From: Gammaproteobacteria bacterium
GTDB lineage: Bacteria > Pseudomonadota > Gammaproteobacteria > SZUA-152
Assembly (NCBI GenBank): GCA_032250735.1
Contig: JAVVEP010000009.1
Span: forward strand, 32,334 to 96,333
Length of the DNA: 64,000 nt
Direction: 5' to 3'
Shown: positions 22,100 to 33,392 of the stretch, in pieces
Position numbering within the stretch: position 1 is the stretch's first letter
How the letters are laid out: each line of letters starts with the position of its first letter
Notes under the pieces: generated by a model
What the model was told of the DNA's origin: nothing
Databases searched by the model: none
Seen by the model: the letters and a program-made list of their open reading frames with translations, nothing else
Made by a program: the position numbers and the translations under genes

Positions 22100-23341
22100 C
22101 TAGTCCGGCTTGCGGAAGATCAGCGTACCGTTGGTGCCACCAAAACCGAAGGAGTTGGACATGGCGATATCGATTTTCATCGGCCGCGCGGCACCCGGCA
22201 CATAATCCAGATCGCATTCCGGATCCGGATGATCCAGGTTGATGGTCGGCGGTGCGACCTGGTCACGAATCGCCAGCGCCGTGAACACCGCCTCAATGCC
22301 GCCCGCCGCGCCGAGCAGGTGCCCGGTCATGGATTTGGTGGAGCTGACCGCGACATTGTAGGCGTGCTCGCCGAAGGCGGTTTTCATCGCCTGGGTCTCG
22401 CCCACATCACCCGCGGGCGTGGAGGTGCCGTGGGCATTGATGTAGTCCACCTGCTGCGGATTGATGCCGGCATTTTTCAGCGCCAGCTTCATACAACGTG
22501 CGGCACCTTCGCCACCCTGTGAGGGCGAGGTCATGTGATAGGCGTCACCGCTCATGCCGAAGCCGATGACTTCCGCGTAAATTTTTGCGCCGCGCGCCTT
22601 GGCGGTTTCGTACTCTTCCAGCACCACCACACCCGCACCGTCACTGAGCACGAAGCCGTCACGGTCCTTGTCCCACGGCCGACTGGCGGCCTGCGGGTCA
22701 TCATTGCGGGCGGAGAGCGCACGCGCTGCGGCAAAGCCGCCCAGACCGGTGGTGGAGGTCGCCATTTCCGCGCCGCCGGCGATCATCACATCGGCGTCAC
22801 CGTATTCGATAAGGCGCGCGGCATCGCCAATGCAATGCGTGGCGGTGGCACAGGCGGTGGTGATCGCATAGTTCGGACCCTTCATGCCGTAAACAATCGA
22901 CAGGTTGCCCGAGATCATATTGATGATGTTGCTGGGCACAAAGAACGGTGAAATCTTGCGCGGCCCACCCTTGAGAAAGGCATCGTGTCCCTTTTCAATA
23001 CCGGTAAGTCCACCGATCCCCGAACCGATGGCGACGCCAATCCGTTCGGCATTTTCCTCGGTCACTTCCAGCCCCGAATCCTGCACGGCCTGCATACCGG
23101 CGGCAATGCCGTAGTGGATAAACGGATCCATCTTCTTGGCATCCTTGCCGGAGATGTATTCGGTGATATCAAAATCGCGAATGGAACCGCCAAAGCGCAC
23201 CGGAAAGTCACTGACATCAAAATGGGTCAGTGGCGCAATGCCACTCTTGCCGGCCAATATGTTTGCCCAGGAATCAGCGACATTCAGTCCCACGGGGGAG
23301 ACCATGCCCAGTCCGGTAATCACTACGCGTCGTTTAGTCAC
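22100..23341 (-). CDS. fabF: 3-oxoacyl-ACP synthase II
   Basis: [12 protein letters not shown]-terminus, active-site Cys region ([13 protein letters not shown]), His-His region ([11 protein letters not shown]). Confidence 0.93.
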   Translation of the reverse strand: MTKRRVVITGLGMVSPVGLNVADSWANILAGKSGIAPLTHFDVSDFPVRFGGSIRDFDITEYISGKDAKKMDPFIHYGIAAGMQAVQDSGLEVTEENAERIGVAIGSGIGGLTGIEKGHDAFLKGGPRKISPFFVPSNIINMISGNLSIVYGMKGPNYAITTACATATHCIGDAARLIEYGDADVMIAGGAEMATSTTGLGGFAAARALSARNDDPQAASRPWDKDRDGFVLSDGAGVVVLEEYETAKARGAKIYAEVIGFGMSGDAYHMTSPSQGGEGAARCMKLALKNAGINPQQVDYINAHGTSTPAGDVGETQAMKTAFGEHAYNVAVSSTKSMTGHLLGAAGGIEAVFTALAIRDQVAPPTINLDHPDPECDLDYVPGAARPMKIDIAMSNSFGFGGTNGTLIFRKPD

Positions 23342-23605
23342 TGCACTCTCTCGCTGCTGTTTTTACGGATGGTTTACGACGGCCTTACAAGGTACGGGTA
23401 GGCAACCGGTCAGGATCAACCCTGCCCCGCCTGCCCCCTGCCACTGCAAAACCGATGGTATCAACATAGAAAAGGCCGCAACCACTTATCAGCAGTCTTG
23501 CGGCCTCAGTAACCGACATTCATCGTCGGTCACACTTTTTTCTCGCACCAGGCCCCTTCCTAACCAAAATGAGCCTTCAGAAAACAAACCTGGCGGAAAA
23601 CAAAC

Positions 23606-23845
23606 CTAGCTTTCGGTGTGGGCGGTAACGTAATCCGTTGCCTGCTTTACCGTGGTGATTTTTTCGGCGTCTTCATCAGGAATTTCGGTATCAAATTCCT
23701 CTTCCAATGCCATCACTAACTCTACAGTGTCCAGGGAATCGGCACCCAGATCGTCAACAAATGATGACTCGCTGCTGACTTCTTCTTCCTTAACGCCAAG
23801 TTGTTCAACAACGATTTTCTTGACCCGTTCCTCAATGGTGCTCAT
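23606..23845 (-). CDS. acpP: Acyl carrier protein
   Basis: [18 protein letters not shown] phosphopantetheine-attachment Ser motif. 79 aa. Confidence 0.95.
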   Translation of the reverse strand: MSTIEERVKKIVVEQLGVKEEEVSSESSFVDDLGADSLDTVELVMALEEEFDTEIPDEDAEKITTVKQATDYVTAHTES

Positions 23846-24007
23846 CTCGGATAAATCCTCCCAAAGTTTTTACAATGCAGCCCCTAGCCGCGTGGCGGTA
23901 TTCTAGAGAAAACGTCGCCGGGTTACAAGCAAAAAAACCCTTTAACATTGTGCTGCAACCTGTTGATAAATAAAAAATTATACATTTCAAACAAAATCCG
24001 CCGAGGA

Positions 24008-24775
24008 TTAAGCCATGTACATTCCACCATTCACGTGCAACGTTTCGCCGGAGATGTAGGCCGCGCCCGGCGAGGCCAGAAAGGCCACTGCGGCTGCAAT
24101 CTCCTCAGGCTGTCCCAAACGATTGAGGGGAATACCGGTCAGCAGCGCCTCACGTTGCGCATCGGGCAGGGCGCGCGTCATGTCCGTGTCGATAAAGCCA
24201 GGCGCGACGGCATTGACGGTAATCCCGCGTGCGCCGACTTCGCGCGCCAGCGATTTGGTAAAACCGATCAAGCCCGCCTTGGCAGCCGCATAATTGGTCT
24301 GTCCCGCATTGCCGGCGGCCCCCACGACGGAGCTGATGCTGATGATGCGACCCTTGCGCGCCTTGGTCATTGCCCGCAGGCAGGCCTTGGACAAGCGATA
24401 CACCGAGGTGAGATTGGTATCGATGATGTCCTGCCATTCGTCTTCCTTCATGCGCATCAACAGGTTGTCGCGCGTGATGCCCGCGTTGTTGACCAGAATG
24501 CTGGGGGCGCCAAAGGCCTCGGTCACGGCGGACACGACCTGGCTGACGGAATCGGCATCCGTCACGTTCAACGCCATGCCCTGCCCCCTGATATTCTGCG
24601 CCGCAAAGTAGGCCGTGATCGCATCGGCGCCCGTCGCCGATGTCGCGGTGCCGACAATGGTCGCGCCCATATTGCCCAGCGCCAGGGCGATAGCCTGACC
24701 AATACCACGACTGGCTCCCGTCACCAGGGCAACTTCACCCTCCAGACTGTTTTTCATCTGCTCAGTGTTTGACAT
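24008..24775 (-). CDS. fabG: 3-oxoacyl-ACP reductase (SDR)
   Basis: VTGASRGIG Rossmann motif, YAAAKAG catalytic Tyr-Lys. Confidence 0.93.
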   Translation of the reverse strand: MSNTEQMKNSLEGEVALVTGASRGIGQAIALALGNMGATIVGTATSATGADAITAYFAAQNIRGQGMALNVTDADSVSQVVSAVTEAFGAPSILVNNAGITRDNLLMRMKEDEWQDIIDTNLTSVYRLSKACLRAMTKARKGRIISISSVVGAAGNAGQTNYAAAKAGLIGFTKSLAREVGARGITVNAVAPGFIDTDMTRALPDAQREALLTGIPLNRLGQPEEIAAAVAFLASPGAAYISGETLHVNGGMYMA

Positions 24776-24777
24776 CG

Positions 24778-25719
24778 TTAGTCTCCCCCCTGAATGGCCT
24801 GCAAGGCCGTGTTAAAGCCGGCTACATCGGATGTCGTGTAGGCGGCCATGTCTCGATTGATGCGTTTATTCAGCCCTGCCAGCACCTTGCCCGGGCCACA
24901 TTCGACCAGCTGTTGAATGCCCTGACCAGCGATGGCATTGATGGTTTCCACCCAGCGCACCGGACAAAACAGCTGGCGTCGGAGCGCGTCACGGATGGCG
25001 TCTACGTCGCTCTCGGCGGTGACATCGACATTATTTAATACCGCAATCGTCGGCGTGTTAATCGTGATCTCGGCCAGGCGTGTCGCCAACTGCTCGGCGG
25101 CCGGCAGCATCAGACTGCAATGCGATGGCACGCTCACCGGCAACATCAGGGCACGTTTCGCACCGGCCTGTTTGGCGCCCTCAACCGCGCGCTCGACCGC
25201 AGCGGCATGGCCCGCGATAACCACCTGGCCCGGTGAATTAAAATTCACCGCGCTCACCACCTCGCCCCCGGCGGCACTAGTGCATACCGCGATCACCTGT
25301 TCGTCCTTCAGGCCCAGTATCGCCGCCATCGCGCCGACCCCCGCCGGTACCGCCTGTTGCATAAAACGCCCACGATCTTCAACCAGCTTGACCCCGTCGG
25401 CCAGGGACAGGCTGCCGGCGGCGACCAGGGCGCTGTATTCGCCCAGGCTGTGGCCCGCCATGACAGCCGGCCTGAGGTCGGTCTGCGACTGCCATAAACG
25501 CCACACCGCAATACCGCCCGTCAGCATCGCCGGCTGGGTGATGTGTGTCTTGCCAAGCTCATCTTCAGGGCCATCCTGGATCCGCTGCCAGAGATCATAG
25601 TCCAGCGCATCACTGGCCTCCTGAAATGTCTGTTTGATCTGCGGATGCAGCGCGGCAAGTTCTGCCAACATACCCACGGACTGTGAACCCTGACCGGGAA
25701 AAACCAATGCGAAGCTCAT
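24778..25719 (-). CDS. fabD: Malonyl-CoA:ACP transacylase
   Basis: FPGQGSQ, GHSLGEYSAL active-site Ser motif. Confidence 0.93.
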   Translation of the reverse strand: MSFALVFPGQGSQSVGMLAELAALHPQIKQTFQEASDALDYDLWQRIQDGPEDELGKTHITQPAMLTGGIAVWRLWQSQTDLRPAVMAGHSLGEYSALVAAGSLSLADGVKLVEDRGRFMQQAVPAGVGAMAAILGLKDEQVIAVCTSAAGGEVVSAVNFNSPGQVVIAGHAAAVERAVEGAKQAGAKRALMLPVSVPSHCSLMLPAAEQLATRLAEITINTPTIAVLNNVDVTAESDVDAIRDALRRQLFCPVRWVETINAIAGQGIQQLVECGPGKVLAGLNKRINRDMAAYTTSDVAGFNTALQAIQGGD

Positions 25720-25875
25720 GTCTTAATTCCTGAAATTTTTACGGACAATCTACAACCACTGTAAAAATGGCCTGACTGTCACCTGAATTCGTGGCTTAAC
25801 CGTGGATTCAGGTGTTACTTTTCTCTGCGAACTCAATGTCGTGCTTAACTTACGTCTTGGCCGGTAGCCCATCAA

Positions 25876-26868
25876 TCAATAACGCAACAGGGCCGAGCCC
25901 CAGGTAAAACCGCCACCGAAGGCTTCCAGCAAAATGGTCTCACCGCGCTGAATGCGGCCATCACGCACCGCCACATTGAGCGCCAGCGGCACGGACGCCG
26001 ACGAGGTATTGCCATGTTCGGCAACGGTGACCACCACGTGGTCCGGACTCATCTTCAGTTTTTTGGCAGTGGCATTAATGATGCGGATATTGGCCTGATG
26101 CGGCACCAGCCAGTCAATGTCTGACTTTTTCATGTTATTTGCGGCCAGCGTTTCATCAACGATACGCCCCAGGGTATTCACCGCCGTTTTAAATACTTCG
26201 TTACCCTGCATGGTGACATGTGCCTTGCCGTTACTGCCCTCGGGAAAGCCCTCGGATATACCGCCGGTGGTCGACAATAATTCCTTGTACTGGCCGTCGG
26301 CATGCAGATGCGTCGACAGGATTCCCGGTTCGTCACTGGCGCCAAGCACGACGGCGCCCGCACCGTCACCAAACAATACACAGGTACCGCGATCGGTCCA
26401 GTCCACAATGCGCGACATGGTTTCCGCACCCACTACCAGGGCAAGTTTATGGCTGCCGCTTTTTATAAATTTGTCCGCGACACCGAGTGCGTAAACGAAA
26501 CCGGTACACACCGCCTGAATATCAAAGGCCGCACAGCCGTGGATATCCAGCCGTTGCTGTAACAGGCAGGCGGTACTCGGAAACACACGATCCGGTGTCG
26601 TGGTCGCAACAATAATTAGATCGATCTCTTGCGGAGCAATACCCGCAGCCTCAATCGCCTGACGCGCGGCATGCTCGGCCAGGTCACAGGTGGTTTCGTC
26701 ATCAGCGGCGATATGGCGCTTTTTAATCCCGGTGCGCTCTGTAATCCACTGATCCGATGTGTCCACCAGTGTTTCGAGGTCGTGATTGGTCAACACCTTC
26801 TCCGGCAGATAGCCGCCAGTACCCAGAATTTTGGAATAGATAGGAGACTCCTTAGCGGCGCTCATCAA
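25876..26868 (-). CDS. fabH: 3-oxoacyl-ACP synthase III
   Basis: Active-site Cys region [19 protein letters not shown] motif. 4-nt overlap with plsX. Confidence 0.93.
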   Translation of the reverse strand: MMSAAKESPIYSKILGTGGYLPEKVLTNHDLETLVDTSDQWITERTGIKKRHIAADDETTCDLAEHAARQAIEAAGIAPQEIDLIIVATTTPDRVFPSTACLLQQRLDIHGCAAFDIQAVCTGFVYALGVADKFIKSGSHKLALVVGAETMSRIVDWTDRGTCVLFGDGAGAVVLGASDEPGILSTHLHADGQYKELLSTTGGISEGFPEGSNGKAHVTMQGNEVFKTAVNTLGRIVDETLAANNMKKSDIDWLVPHQANIRIINATAKKLKMSPDHVVVTVAEHGNTSSASVPLALNVAVRDGRIQRGETILLEAFGGGFTWGSALLRY

Positions 26869-27905
26869 TCGCTCTGCCTTCGAGCCATTGCCTCTTCCAC
26901 GTGTTTACTGATGCGTTCAGGGATATTTTTATCAACTTCCACTAGCGCCTCACGAATCGCGCTGGCGTAGGCCAATACATCCGCGCCACCATGGCTTTTA
27001 ACGACAATACCGGTGAGCCCCACCAGGCTCGCGCCATTATAGCGCCGAGGATCGATCCGCTGTTTCAGGGCCTTTAGCACCGGTAAGGCGATCAACCCTG
27101 CACAACGGGTAAAAATATTGCGCCTGAATTCTTCGCGTAAAAAGTGGCTGATCATTTTTGCCACGCCTTCTGCGGTTTTCAGTGAGACGTTGCCGACAAA
27201 ACCGTCACACACCACCACATCCACCTTGCCATTAAAAATGTCATCACCTTCGACAAAACCGATGTAGTTAAGGTCGCTGCTCGCCAAAATGCGCGCCGCC
27301 TCTTTTACGCGCTCGTTACCCTTTACCTCTTCTTCACCGATATTCAGCAGACCAATCGTCGGCGACTCTATATTCTCCACCGCGCTGGTCAGCACCGAAC
27401 CCATCACCGCAAACTCGAAAAGATTGTCCGCGCTGGTGTCAACATTGGCGCCCAGATCCAGCATGTGGGTATGGCCTTTCAGGCTCGGCAGTGTGGAGAT
27501 AATGGCGGGCCGATCGATCCCTGGCAGGGTTTTCAGCACGAAACGCGCCGTCGCCATCAGGGCTCCGGTATTGCCGGCACTCACGCAGGCCCTGGCCTGC
27601 CCCTCCTTGACCATGTTGATGGCCACGCGCATCGAGGAATCTTTTTTGGTCCGCAATGCAACGGAAGGCTTTTCATCCATTGTCACCTGTTGCGAGGCAT
27701 GCTGAATGGATAACCGTGACGAGATAGAGGATGTGGCAGCCTGCTTGTGTGTCGCCAGCTCTTGTTCCAACACCGACTCATCACCCACCAGGATAATGCG
27801 CAGCTGTGGGGATTCCGCCAAAATTTGCAGCGCAGCGGGCACCACGACCGATGGGCCGTGATCACCACCCATAGCATCAAGCGCGATGGAAAATTCTAGG
27901 CTCAT
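26865..27905 (-). CDS. plsX: Phosphate:acyl-ACP acyltransferase
   Basis: [13 protein letters not shown]-terminus typical of PlsX. Conserved rpmF-plsX-fabH order. Confidence 0.92.
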   Translation of the reverse strand: MSLEFSIALDAMGGDHGPSVVVPAALQILAESPQLRIILVGDESVLEQELATHKQAATSSISSRLSIQHASQQVTMDEKPSVALRTKKDSSMRVAINMVKEGQARACVSAGNTGALMATARFVLKTLPGIDRPAIISTLPSLKGHTHMLDLGANVDTSADNLFEFAVMGSVLTSAVENIESPTIGLLNIGEEEVKGNERVKEAARILASSDLNYIGFVEGDDIFNGKVDVVVCDGFVGNVSLKTAEGVAKMISHFLREEFRRNIFTRCAGLIALPVLKALKQRIDPRRYNGASLVGLTGIVVKSHGGADVLAYASAIREALVEVDKNIPERISKHVEEAMARRQSD

Positions 27906-28068
27906 ATGGATTTTTTGATGTTATTTTGTAATACGAGGACGCGACAGACACCGCGTCACAGATTCTCAGCGTGTTAAACAGCGCTGAGAATCTGAACCGT
28001 GCAGTTGAACAACGGTGGGTATAGTGTGCCCATAACCGTTAATTGTTGTCTATTGCGCTAACGAAGTG

Positions 28069-28251
28069 TTATTCGCCGCTGGTGGAACCCGTTACCTTGC
28101 GGCCACGATAATAACCATCGGCACTCACGTGATGACGACGATGTGTTTCACCGGTAGTTGGTTCAATCGACAGGGTCGCCGGTTTCAACGCATCATGTGA
28201 ACGACGCATGCCGCGACGTGAAGGGGTTACTTTGCTCTTTTGCACTGCCAT
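28069..28251 (-). CDS. rpmF: 50S ribosomal protein L32
   Basis: [23 protein letters not shown], 60 aa. Confidence 0.95.
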   Translation of the reverse strand: MAVQKSKVTPSRRGMRRSHDALKPATLSIEPTTGETHRRHHVSADGYYRGRKVTGSTSGE

Positions 28252-28279
28252 TGTTAAATCCTCTTCTTTACAGGTTCCC

Positions 28280-28825
28280 TCAATCGTCGTGTGACGACTG
28301 AGAGGTTTTCAATTGTGCCAGTACAGCAAACGGATTTTCGCGCTGCGGTGCTGACCCATCCTCGGTATTAAGGAATGCTTCGCCTTTCGGGCAATCTTTT
28401 ATTTCATGCATTGCCACCTGTGGCAGGGCAAGAATCAATTCGTCTTCAATGATCGACTCAACACTGGTCTCTTCATCCGGCAAGACCAGTAACGGGTCAT
28501 AATTTTCCGGCAGCTGCTGTGCCGCCTGTCTGGACTTCACCAGGGCCAGGTTAAGCACCAGGCTGACCGGAAACGCCAGCTCTTCCATACAGCGCTGACA
28601 TTGCAATGGCAACACTGCCTGCAGTGTCCCCGTCAGCCCCGGAACTCCACCCTCGTCAACACCAAAATTCAGCACGTAATCAACCCGACATCGACCCAGC
28701 ACCACAAGGTCGTCCGTGATTAACAACGGGATCAGTCGCGGCAAGCTCGATACTGGCAGATGACCTGCCAGCGTACGGTGCTGCGCTGCCAGTTCAAAAG
28801 GCTCAATAATATCCATAACAACCAC
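28280..28825 (-). CDS. yceD: YceD/DUF177 family protein (large-subunit rRNA accumulation protein)
   Basis: Conserved position upstream of rpmF. CxxC...CxxC pairs. Confidence 0.8.
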   Translation of the reverse strand: MVVMDIIEPFELAAQHRTLAGHLPVSSLPRLIPLLITDDLVVLGRCRVDYVLNFGVDEGGVPGLTGTLQAVLPLQCQRCMEELAFPVSLVLNLALVKSRQAAQQLPENYDPLLVLPDEETSVESIIEDELILALPQVAMHEIKDCPKGEAFLNTEDGSAPQRENPFAVLAQLKTSQSSHDD

Positions 28826-29183
28826 TACTCATCGACCCACGACAGGCCAAACAGGCTGCATCCACCGCAAGGCGGCTCGAACCAAACGCGCGATTTTAAG
28901 TGGGATTCGGTTTCCTGTCAAAGCCTTAGCGCCGAATGTGGCAGGGGAATCCCCATCAACACCGCTGGCCGGGCGCCGGGCTGGCTTGACGCACTGTTTG
29001 TGATCCGCAATAGTCGGTGGGGTGATTCCGGTCAGGTTTTTTGACGGCCTGCCACTATTAATCAGATGCGCGTGCGAAACGGTCTCTGGATTGACTCCGG
29101 GCATCACAAAAACTTAATAATTACCATTAAAAACAATGCGTTGAAATAACGCTCCGACTCACGCCCTAAACGACGGGTTTGCC

Positions 29184-30602
29184 ATGATCAAGAAAGTCCT
29201 CATCGCCAATCGCGGTGAAATTGCGGTGCGTATTGTCCGTGCCTGTGCGGAGCTCGGTATCAAATCCGTGGCGATCTATACGGATGCGGATCGCTATTCG
29301 CTGCACGTCAAAAAGGCCAACGAGGCCTACAATCTCGGGCCCGACTCCGTTTCCGGCTACCTGAATGTGCACCGCATCGTCAATCTGGCCATCGCGACCG
29401 GCTGTGATGCCTTGCACCCGGGCTATGGGTTTCTCTCCGAGAACCCGCTGTTGGCCGAGGCCTGTGAGAGACGCGGCATCCATTTTATCGGCCCAACGGC
29501 CGAGGTAATTCGCCGTCTGGGCGACAAGCTGCAGGCCCGCGCCGCGATGATCGAGGCTGGCGTGCCGGTCACCCCCGGCAGTGAAAACAACCTGCAGTCC
29601 GTCAAGGAGGCACTCACCATCGCTGAACAGATCGGCTACCCGGTGATGTTGAAGGCCACCAACGGCGGCGGCGGGCGCGGTATTCGTCGCTGCGCGGATG
29701 CCGATGAACTTAATCGGAATTTTGACCGCGTGGTCTCGGAGGTCAGCAAGACCTTTGGCGCCCCCGAGGTGTTTCTGGAAAAGTGCATCGACAACCCCCG
29801 CCACATCGAGGTGCAGGTGCTGGGCGATCAACACGGCAAGATCATTCATCTGTTCGAGCGAGACTGCTCCATCCAGCGCCGTCACCAGAAGCTCATCGAG
29901 ATCGCGCCATCGCCGCAGCTCAATGACGAGCAGCGCAAGTACATCGGCAAGCTGGCCGTCACGGCGGCCCGCTCCGTGGGCTACACCAATGCCGGCACCA
30001 TCGAGTTTCTACTAACGGAGAATGATGAATTTTACTTCATGGAGGTGAACACCCGCCTGCAGGTGGAGCACACCATCACCGAACAGATCACCGGTATCGA
30101 TATTGTGCAGGAACAGATCCGCATCGCGGCCGGACTGAAATTGCGCTACAGCCAGCGCGATGTGAAGCGTCGCGGCTTTGCCATGGAATTTCGCATCAAC
30201 GCCGAAGACCCGAAGAATGATTTTCTGCCCAGCTTCGGCCGCGTCACCCGCTATTTCGCCCCGGGCGGACCCGGGGTGCGTACCGATGCGGCGATTTATA
30301 CGGGTTATGAAATCCCCCCCTACTACGATTCCATGTGCGCCAAGCTCATCGTCTGGGCGCTGGACTGGGATTCGCTGCTGGACCGTGCCAACCGCGCCCT
30401 GAATGACATCGGGGTGTACGGCGTCAAAACGACCATCCCGTACCAGCTGGAGATTCTGAAATCGGCGCATTTTCAATCCGGCAAGTTCGACACCTCGTTT
30501 GTCGAATCACACCCGGAGCTGATCAATTATTCGGTGCGCCCCTCATCACGCCACCTTGCCGCCGCCATTGGCGCCGCCGTCGCCGCCCACATGGGCCTCT
30601 GA
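29184..30602 (+). CDS. pycA: Biotin carboxylase subunit of a two-subunit pyruvate carboxylase (AccC-like)
   Basis: KVLIANRGEIAVRI N-terminus, ATP-grasp motifs. Followed by a carboxyltransferase/biotinyl subunit. Confidence 0.85.
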   Translation: MIKKVLIANRGEIAVRIVRACAELGIKSVAIYTDADRYSLHVKKANEAYNLGPDSVSGYLNVHRIVNLAIATGCDALHPGYGFLSENPLLAEACERRGIHFIGPTAEVIRRLGDKLQARAAMIEAGVPVTPGSENNLQSVKEALTIAEQIGYPVMLKATNGGGGRGIRRCADADELNRNFDRVVSEVSKTFGAPEVFLEKCIDNPRHIEVQVLGDQHGKIIHLFERDCSIQRRHQKLIEIAPSPQLNDEQRKYIGKLAVTAARSVGYTNAGTIEFLLTENDEFYFMEVNTRLQVEHTITEQITGIDIVQEQIRIAAGLKLRYSQRDVKRRGFAMEFRINAEDPKNDFLPSFGRVTRYFAPGGPGVRTDAAIYTGYEIPPYYDSMCAKLIVWALDWDSLLDRANRALNDIGVYGVKTTIPYQLEILKSAHFQSGKFDTSFVESHPELINYSVRPSSRHLAAAIGAAVAAHMGL

Positions 30603-30649
30603 CGTCTAGGCACTTGGCACTATCTTTTAAACCGCACCAGGAAAGAACC

Positions 30650-32476
30650 ATGTCGAAAGTCTACATTACCGATACCGTGCTACGGGATGCGCACCAATCA
30701 TTACTGGCAACCCGGATGCGCACCGAAGACATGCTGCCCATCTGCAGCAAGCTCGACGCCATCGGGTATTGGTCGCTCGAAATGTGGGGCGGCGCTACCT
30801 TTGACGCCTGCATCCGTTTCCTCAAAGAAGACCCCTGGGAACGGCTGCGGCAATTGCGCGCCGCGCTGCCCAATACCCGTCTGCAGATGCTGTTACGTGG
30901 CCAAAATCTGCTGGGCTACCGACACTACTCCGATGACGTGGCCCGCGCCTTTGTGAAATGCGCCGCCGACAATGGGATTGATGTGTTCCGGATCTTCGAT
31001 GCGCTCAACGATGTACGCAACCTGCAGGTCTCCATCGAGGCCGTCAAGGCGGCCGGCAAGCACGCCCAGGGCGCCATCAGTTACACCATCAGCCCCGTGC
31101 ATTCCATCGAACAGAATGTCGAGATGGCCGTAACACTGCAGAACATGGGCTGCGACAGTATCGCCATTAAGGACATGGCCGGCCTGCTCACGCCCATGGC
31201 CACCGCCGAACTGGTCAAGGCCCTGGTGGCTGCCGTCGATATCCCCGTGCACCTGCATTCGCACGCCACCGCCGGTCTGGCCAGCATGTGTCAACTCAAG
31301 GCCATTGAGAACGGCTGTCGTCACATCGACACTGCCATCTCGCCCCTGTCCGGCGGCACCAGTCATCCGCCGACGGAGAGCATGGTGGCCGCGGTGCGCG
31401 ACACCGAATACGACACCGGCATCGATCTCGCCGCCCTGCAGGAGATCGGCTTTTACTTCTTCGAGATCCGCAAAAAATATCACCAGTTCGAGAGTGAATT
31501 CACCGGCATCGATACCCGCGTACAAAACAATCAGGTACCCGGCGGGATGATCTCCAACCTTTCCAACCAGCTTAAGGAACAGGGCGCGCTCGACCACATG
31601 AATGCCGTGCTGGACGAAATTCCCCGCGTGCGCGCCGACCTTGGCTACCCACCGCTGGTCACTCCCACCTCGCAAATCGTCGGCACCCAGGCCCTGCTCA
31701 ACGTGCTCTCTGATTCGCGCTATCAAAACATCACCAATGAAGTGAAACTGTATCTGCAGGGGAAATACGGCAAGCCGCCTGCGGAGGTGGATGCCACGGT
31801 GCGACAGAAGGCCATCGGCAATGAAACGGTCATCACCTGTCGCCCCGCCGATTTACTAAATCCGGAGATGACCCGCTTACGCGGCGAGATCGGTGAACTC
31901 GCGAAATCCGAAGAAGACGTGTTGACCTACGCCATGTTCCCGGACATCGGCCGTGAATTCCTCGAACACCGTCAGGCCGGCACCCTGGTGCCAGAAATGC
32001 TGGAGCCCCTGCCCGGCCATTCTCAGTCCTATTGTGCGGCTGCAACGGAATTTAACATTGGGCTGCACGGTGAGAACTACCACATCAAGGTCACCGGTAC
32101 CGGCTATAAGCAGGACGACAAACGCGCCTTCTTCATCAATGTAGATGGCTCACCGGAAGAGGTGATGGTCGAATCACTGGACGAAGTGATGACGGTGGGC
32201 GCGGCCAACCAGCCCACCGCCACCAGCAAGGCCAAGGGCAGCAGTCGTCCCAAGGCCACTGAGCCGGGGCATGTCACCGCCTCCATGCCCGGGATTATTG
32301 TCGAGGTGCTGGTGGCCGTGGGCGATGAAGTCGCTGCGGGCGATCCCGTCCTCGTGACCGAAGCGATGAAAATGGAAACCGAGGTACAGGCCCCCATAGC
32401 AGGCACCATCAAGGCGATACACGCCAAAAAAGGCGACAGCGTCAACCCGGATGAGGCCCTGGTGGAGATTGGATAA
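30650..32476 (+). CDS. pycB: Pyruvate carboxylase subunit B / oxaloacetate decarboxylase alpha-like (carboxyltransferase plus C-terminal biotinyl domain)
   Basis: TIM-barrel carboxyltransferase motifs (RDAHQSL, HxHxH region HLHSHATAG). C-terminal EAMKMETEV biotinyl-lysine motif. Start set at the ATG at 30650 behind an AGGAAAG SD. Confidence 0.85.
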   Translation: MSKVYITDTVLRDAHQSLLATRMRTEDMLPICSKLDAIGYWSLEMWGGATFDACIRFLKEDPWERLRQLRAALPNTRLQMLLRGQNLLGYRHYSDDVARAFVKCAADNGIDVFRIFDALNDVRNLQVSIEAVKAAGKHAQGAISYTISPVHSIEQNVEMAVTLQNMGCDSIAIKDMAGLLTPMATAELVKALVAAVDIPVHLHSHATAGLASMCQLKAIENGCRHIDTAISPLSGGTSHPPTESMVAAVRDTEYDTGIDLAALQEIGFYFFEIRKKYHQFESEFTGIDTRVQNNQVPGGMISNLSNQLKEQGALDHMNAVLDEIPRVRADLGYPPLVTPTSQIVGTQALLNVLSDSRYQNITNEVKLYLQGKYGKPPAEVDATVRQKAIGNETVITCRPADLLNPEMTRLRGEIGELAKSEEDVLTYAMFPDIGREFLEHRQAGTLVPEMLEPLPGHSQSYCAAATEFNIGLHGENYHIKVTGTGYKQDDKRAFFINVDGSPEEVMVESLDEVMTVGAANQPTATSKAKGSSRPKATEPGHVTASMPGIIVEVLVAVGDEVAAGDPVLVTEAMKMETEVQAPIAGTIKAIHAKKGDSVNPDEALVEIG

Positions 32477-32524
32477 ACACGGACGGCATCGACAGACCCC
32501 GATCAACACACCAGTACAGTACAA

Positions 32525-32687
32525 GGGCGCAATAAACGAAGGGCATTGCGCCCTGTAGGAGCCCAGCCCTCTCGGCGATTCCCTTCCAACAATCGCACCC
32601 TCTCAACCCATCGGCCAGGGGGGCTGCCCTCCTACACAGTGCCGTAGTGCCGTAGGGCGCAATAACCGAAGGGCATTGCGCCGTATG
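32525..32687. repeat. Pair of REP-like hairpin elements (GGGCGCAATAAmCGAAGGGCATTGCGCC) between convergent genes
   Basis: Two ~28-bp near-identical copies at 32525-32559 and 32655-32687, each with a GCGCAAT/ATTGCGC stem. Likely terminator or REP structures. Confidence 0.6.
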
Positions 32688-32718
32688 CCTCTCCGTCTAT
32701 CTCACATTAGAATGAAAC

Positions 32719-33258
32719 TTATGCCGCGGTGGGTTTACGTTTCACACTGCGCTTCTTTTTCGAAGCCCTGGCCTTTTTGGCAAGCTTGCTCGCAAAATCG
32801 GCTTCCCATTTTGCCTGGAATTTCGCGATCGCCGCCGCCTTGGCCTCTTCCATCTTGCGCTCGAACTCAGCCGCCTTAATCGCCTCGTTCAGCGATTTTT
32901 GTGCGGCGCTGGCCTTGGCCTTGCCGGCAGAAACGGCGGCCTTGCCTTTCATCAGCGCCTGCTTTGCGGATGCCACTGCACGCTTGGCAGCGGCGGTCTC
33001 TTTTCGGGCGGCCGCGCGCACGGCGCCTTCCAGCTTCAGCACATGCGTTGCCAGATTTTCTTCCGCAGCAACCACCTTCGCCGCTAGAGTATCCGCTGCA
33101 TTCAAAGCGCTATTAACCACTTTCAATGTTTTCTCATGCGTCTTACTTAGGGGTTTCGATGCGGCGACCCGTGCCGGGGTGCGTTTGGCTACGCGGCGGG
33201 CCTTTGGTTTTACTTTTGATTTGGCTTTTGCTTTGGTTTTAGTTTTTCTTTTAACCAC
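32719..33258 (-). CDS. Lys/Ala-rich histone H1-like / AlgP-PhaF-like nucleoid or granule-associated protein
   Basis: KRKTKTKAKAKSKVKPKARR basic N-terminus, Ala-rich helical body, KKARASKKKRSVKRK C-terminus. GTG start behind a GGAGA SD (the track ORF extends to 33327). Confidence 0.65.
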   Translation of the reverse strand: MVKRKTKTKAKAKSKVKPKARRVAKRTPARVAASKPLSKTHEKTLKVVNSALNAADTLAAKVVAAEENLATHVLKLEGAVRAAARKETAAAKRAVASAKQALMKGKAAVSAGKAKASAAQKSLNEAIKAAEFERKMEEAKAAAIAKFQAKWEADFASKLAKKARASKKKRSVKRKPTAA

Positions 33259-33392
33259 GACATTCTCCTTGATGGACACTGAAAACGTGACGAAATAAAA
33301 GTGTATCCGCTTTTTTCTCAATAACAAGTTAAATATGATTTCGGTGACTTGCCTGAAACCGGGTTAAGCAAACCGAAACCTTTTCTGGATAT

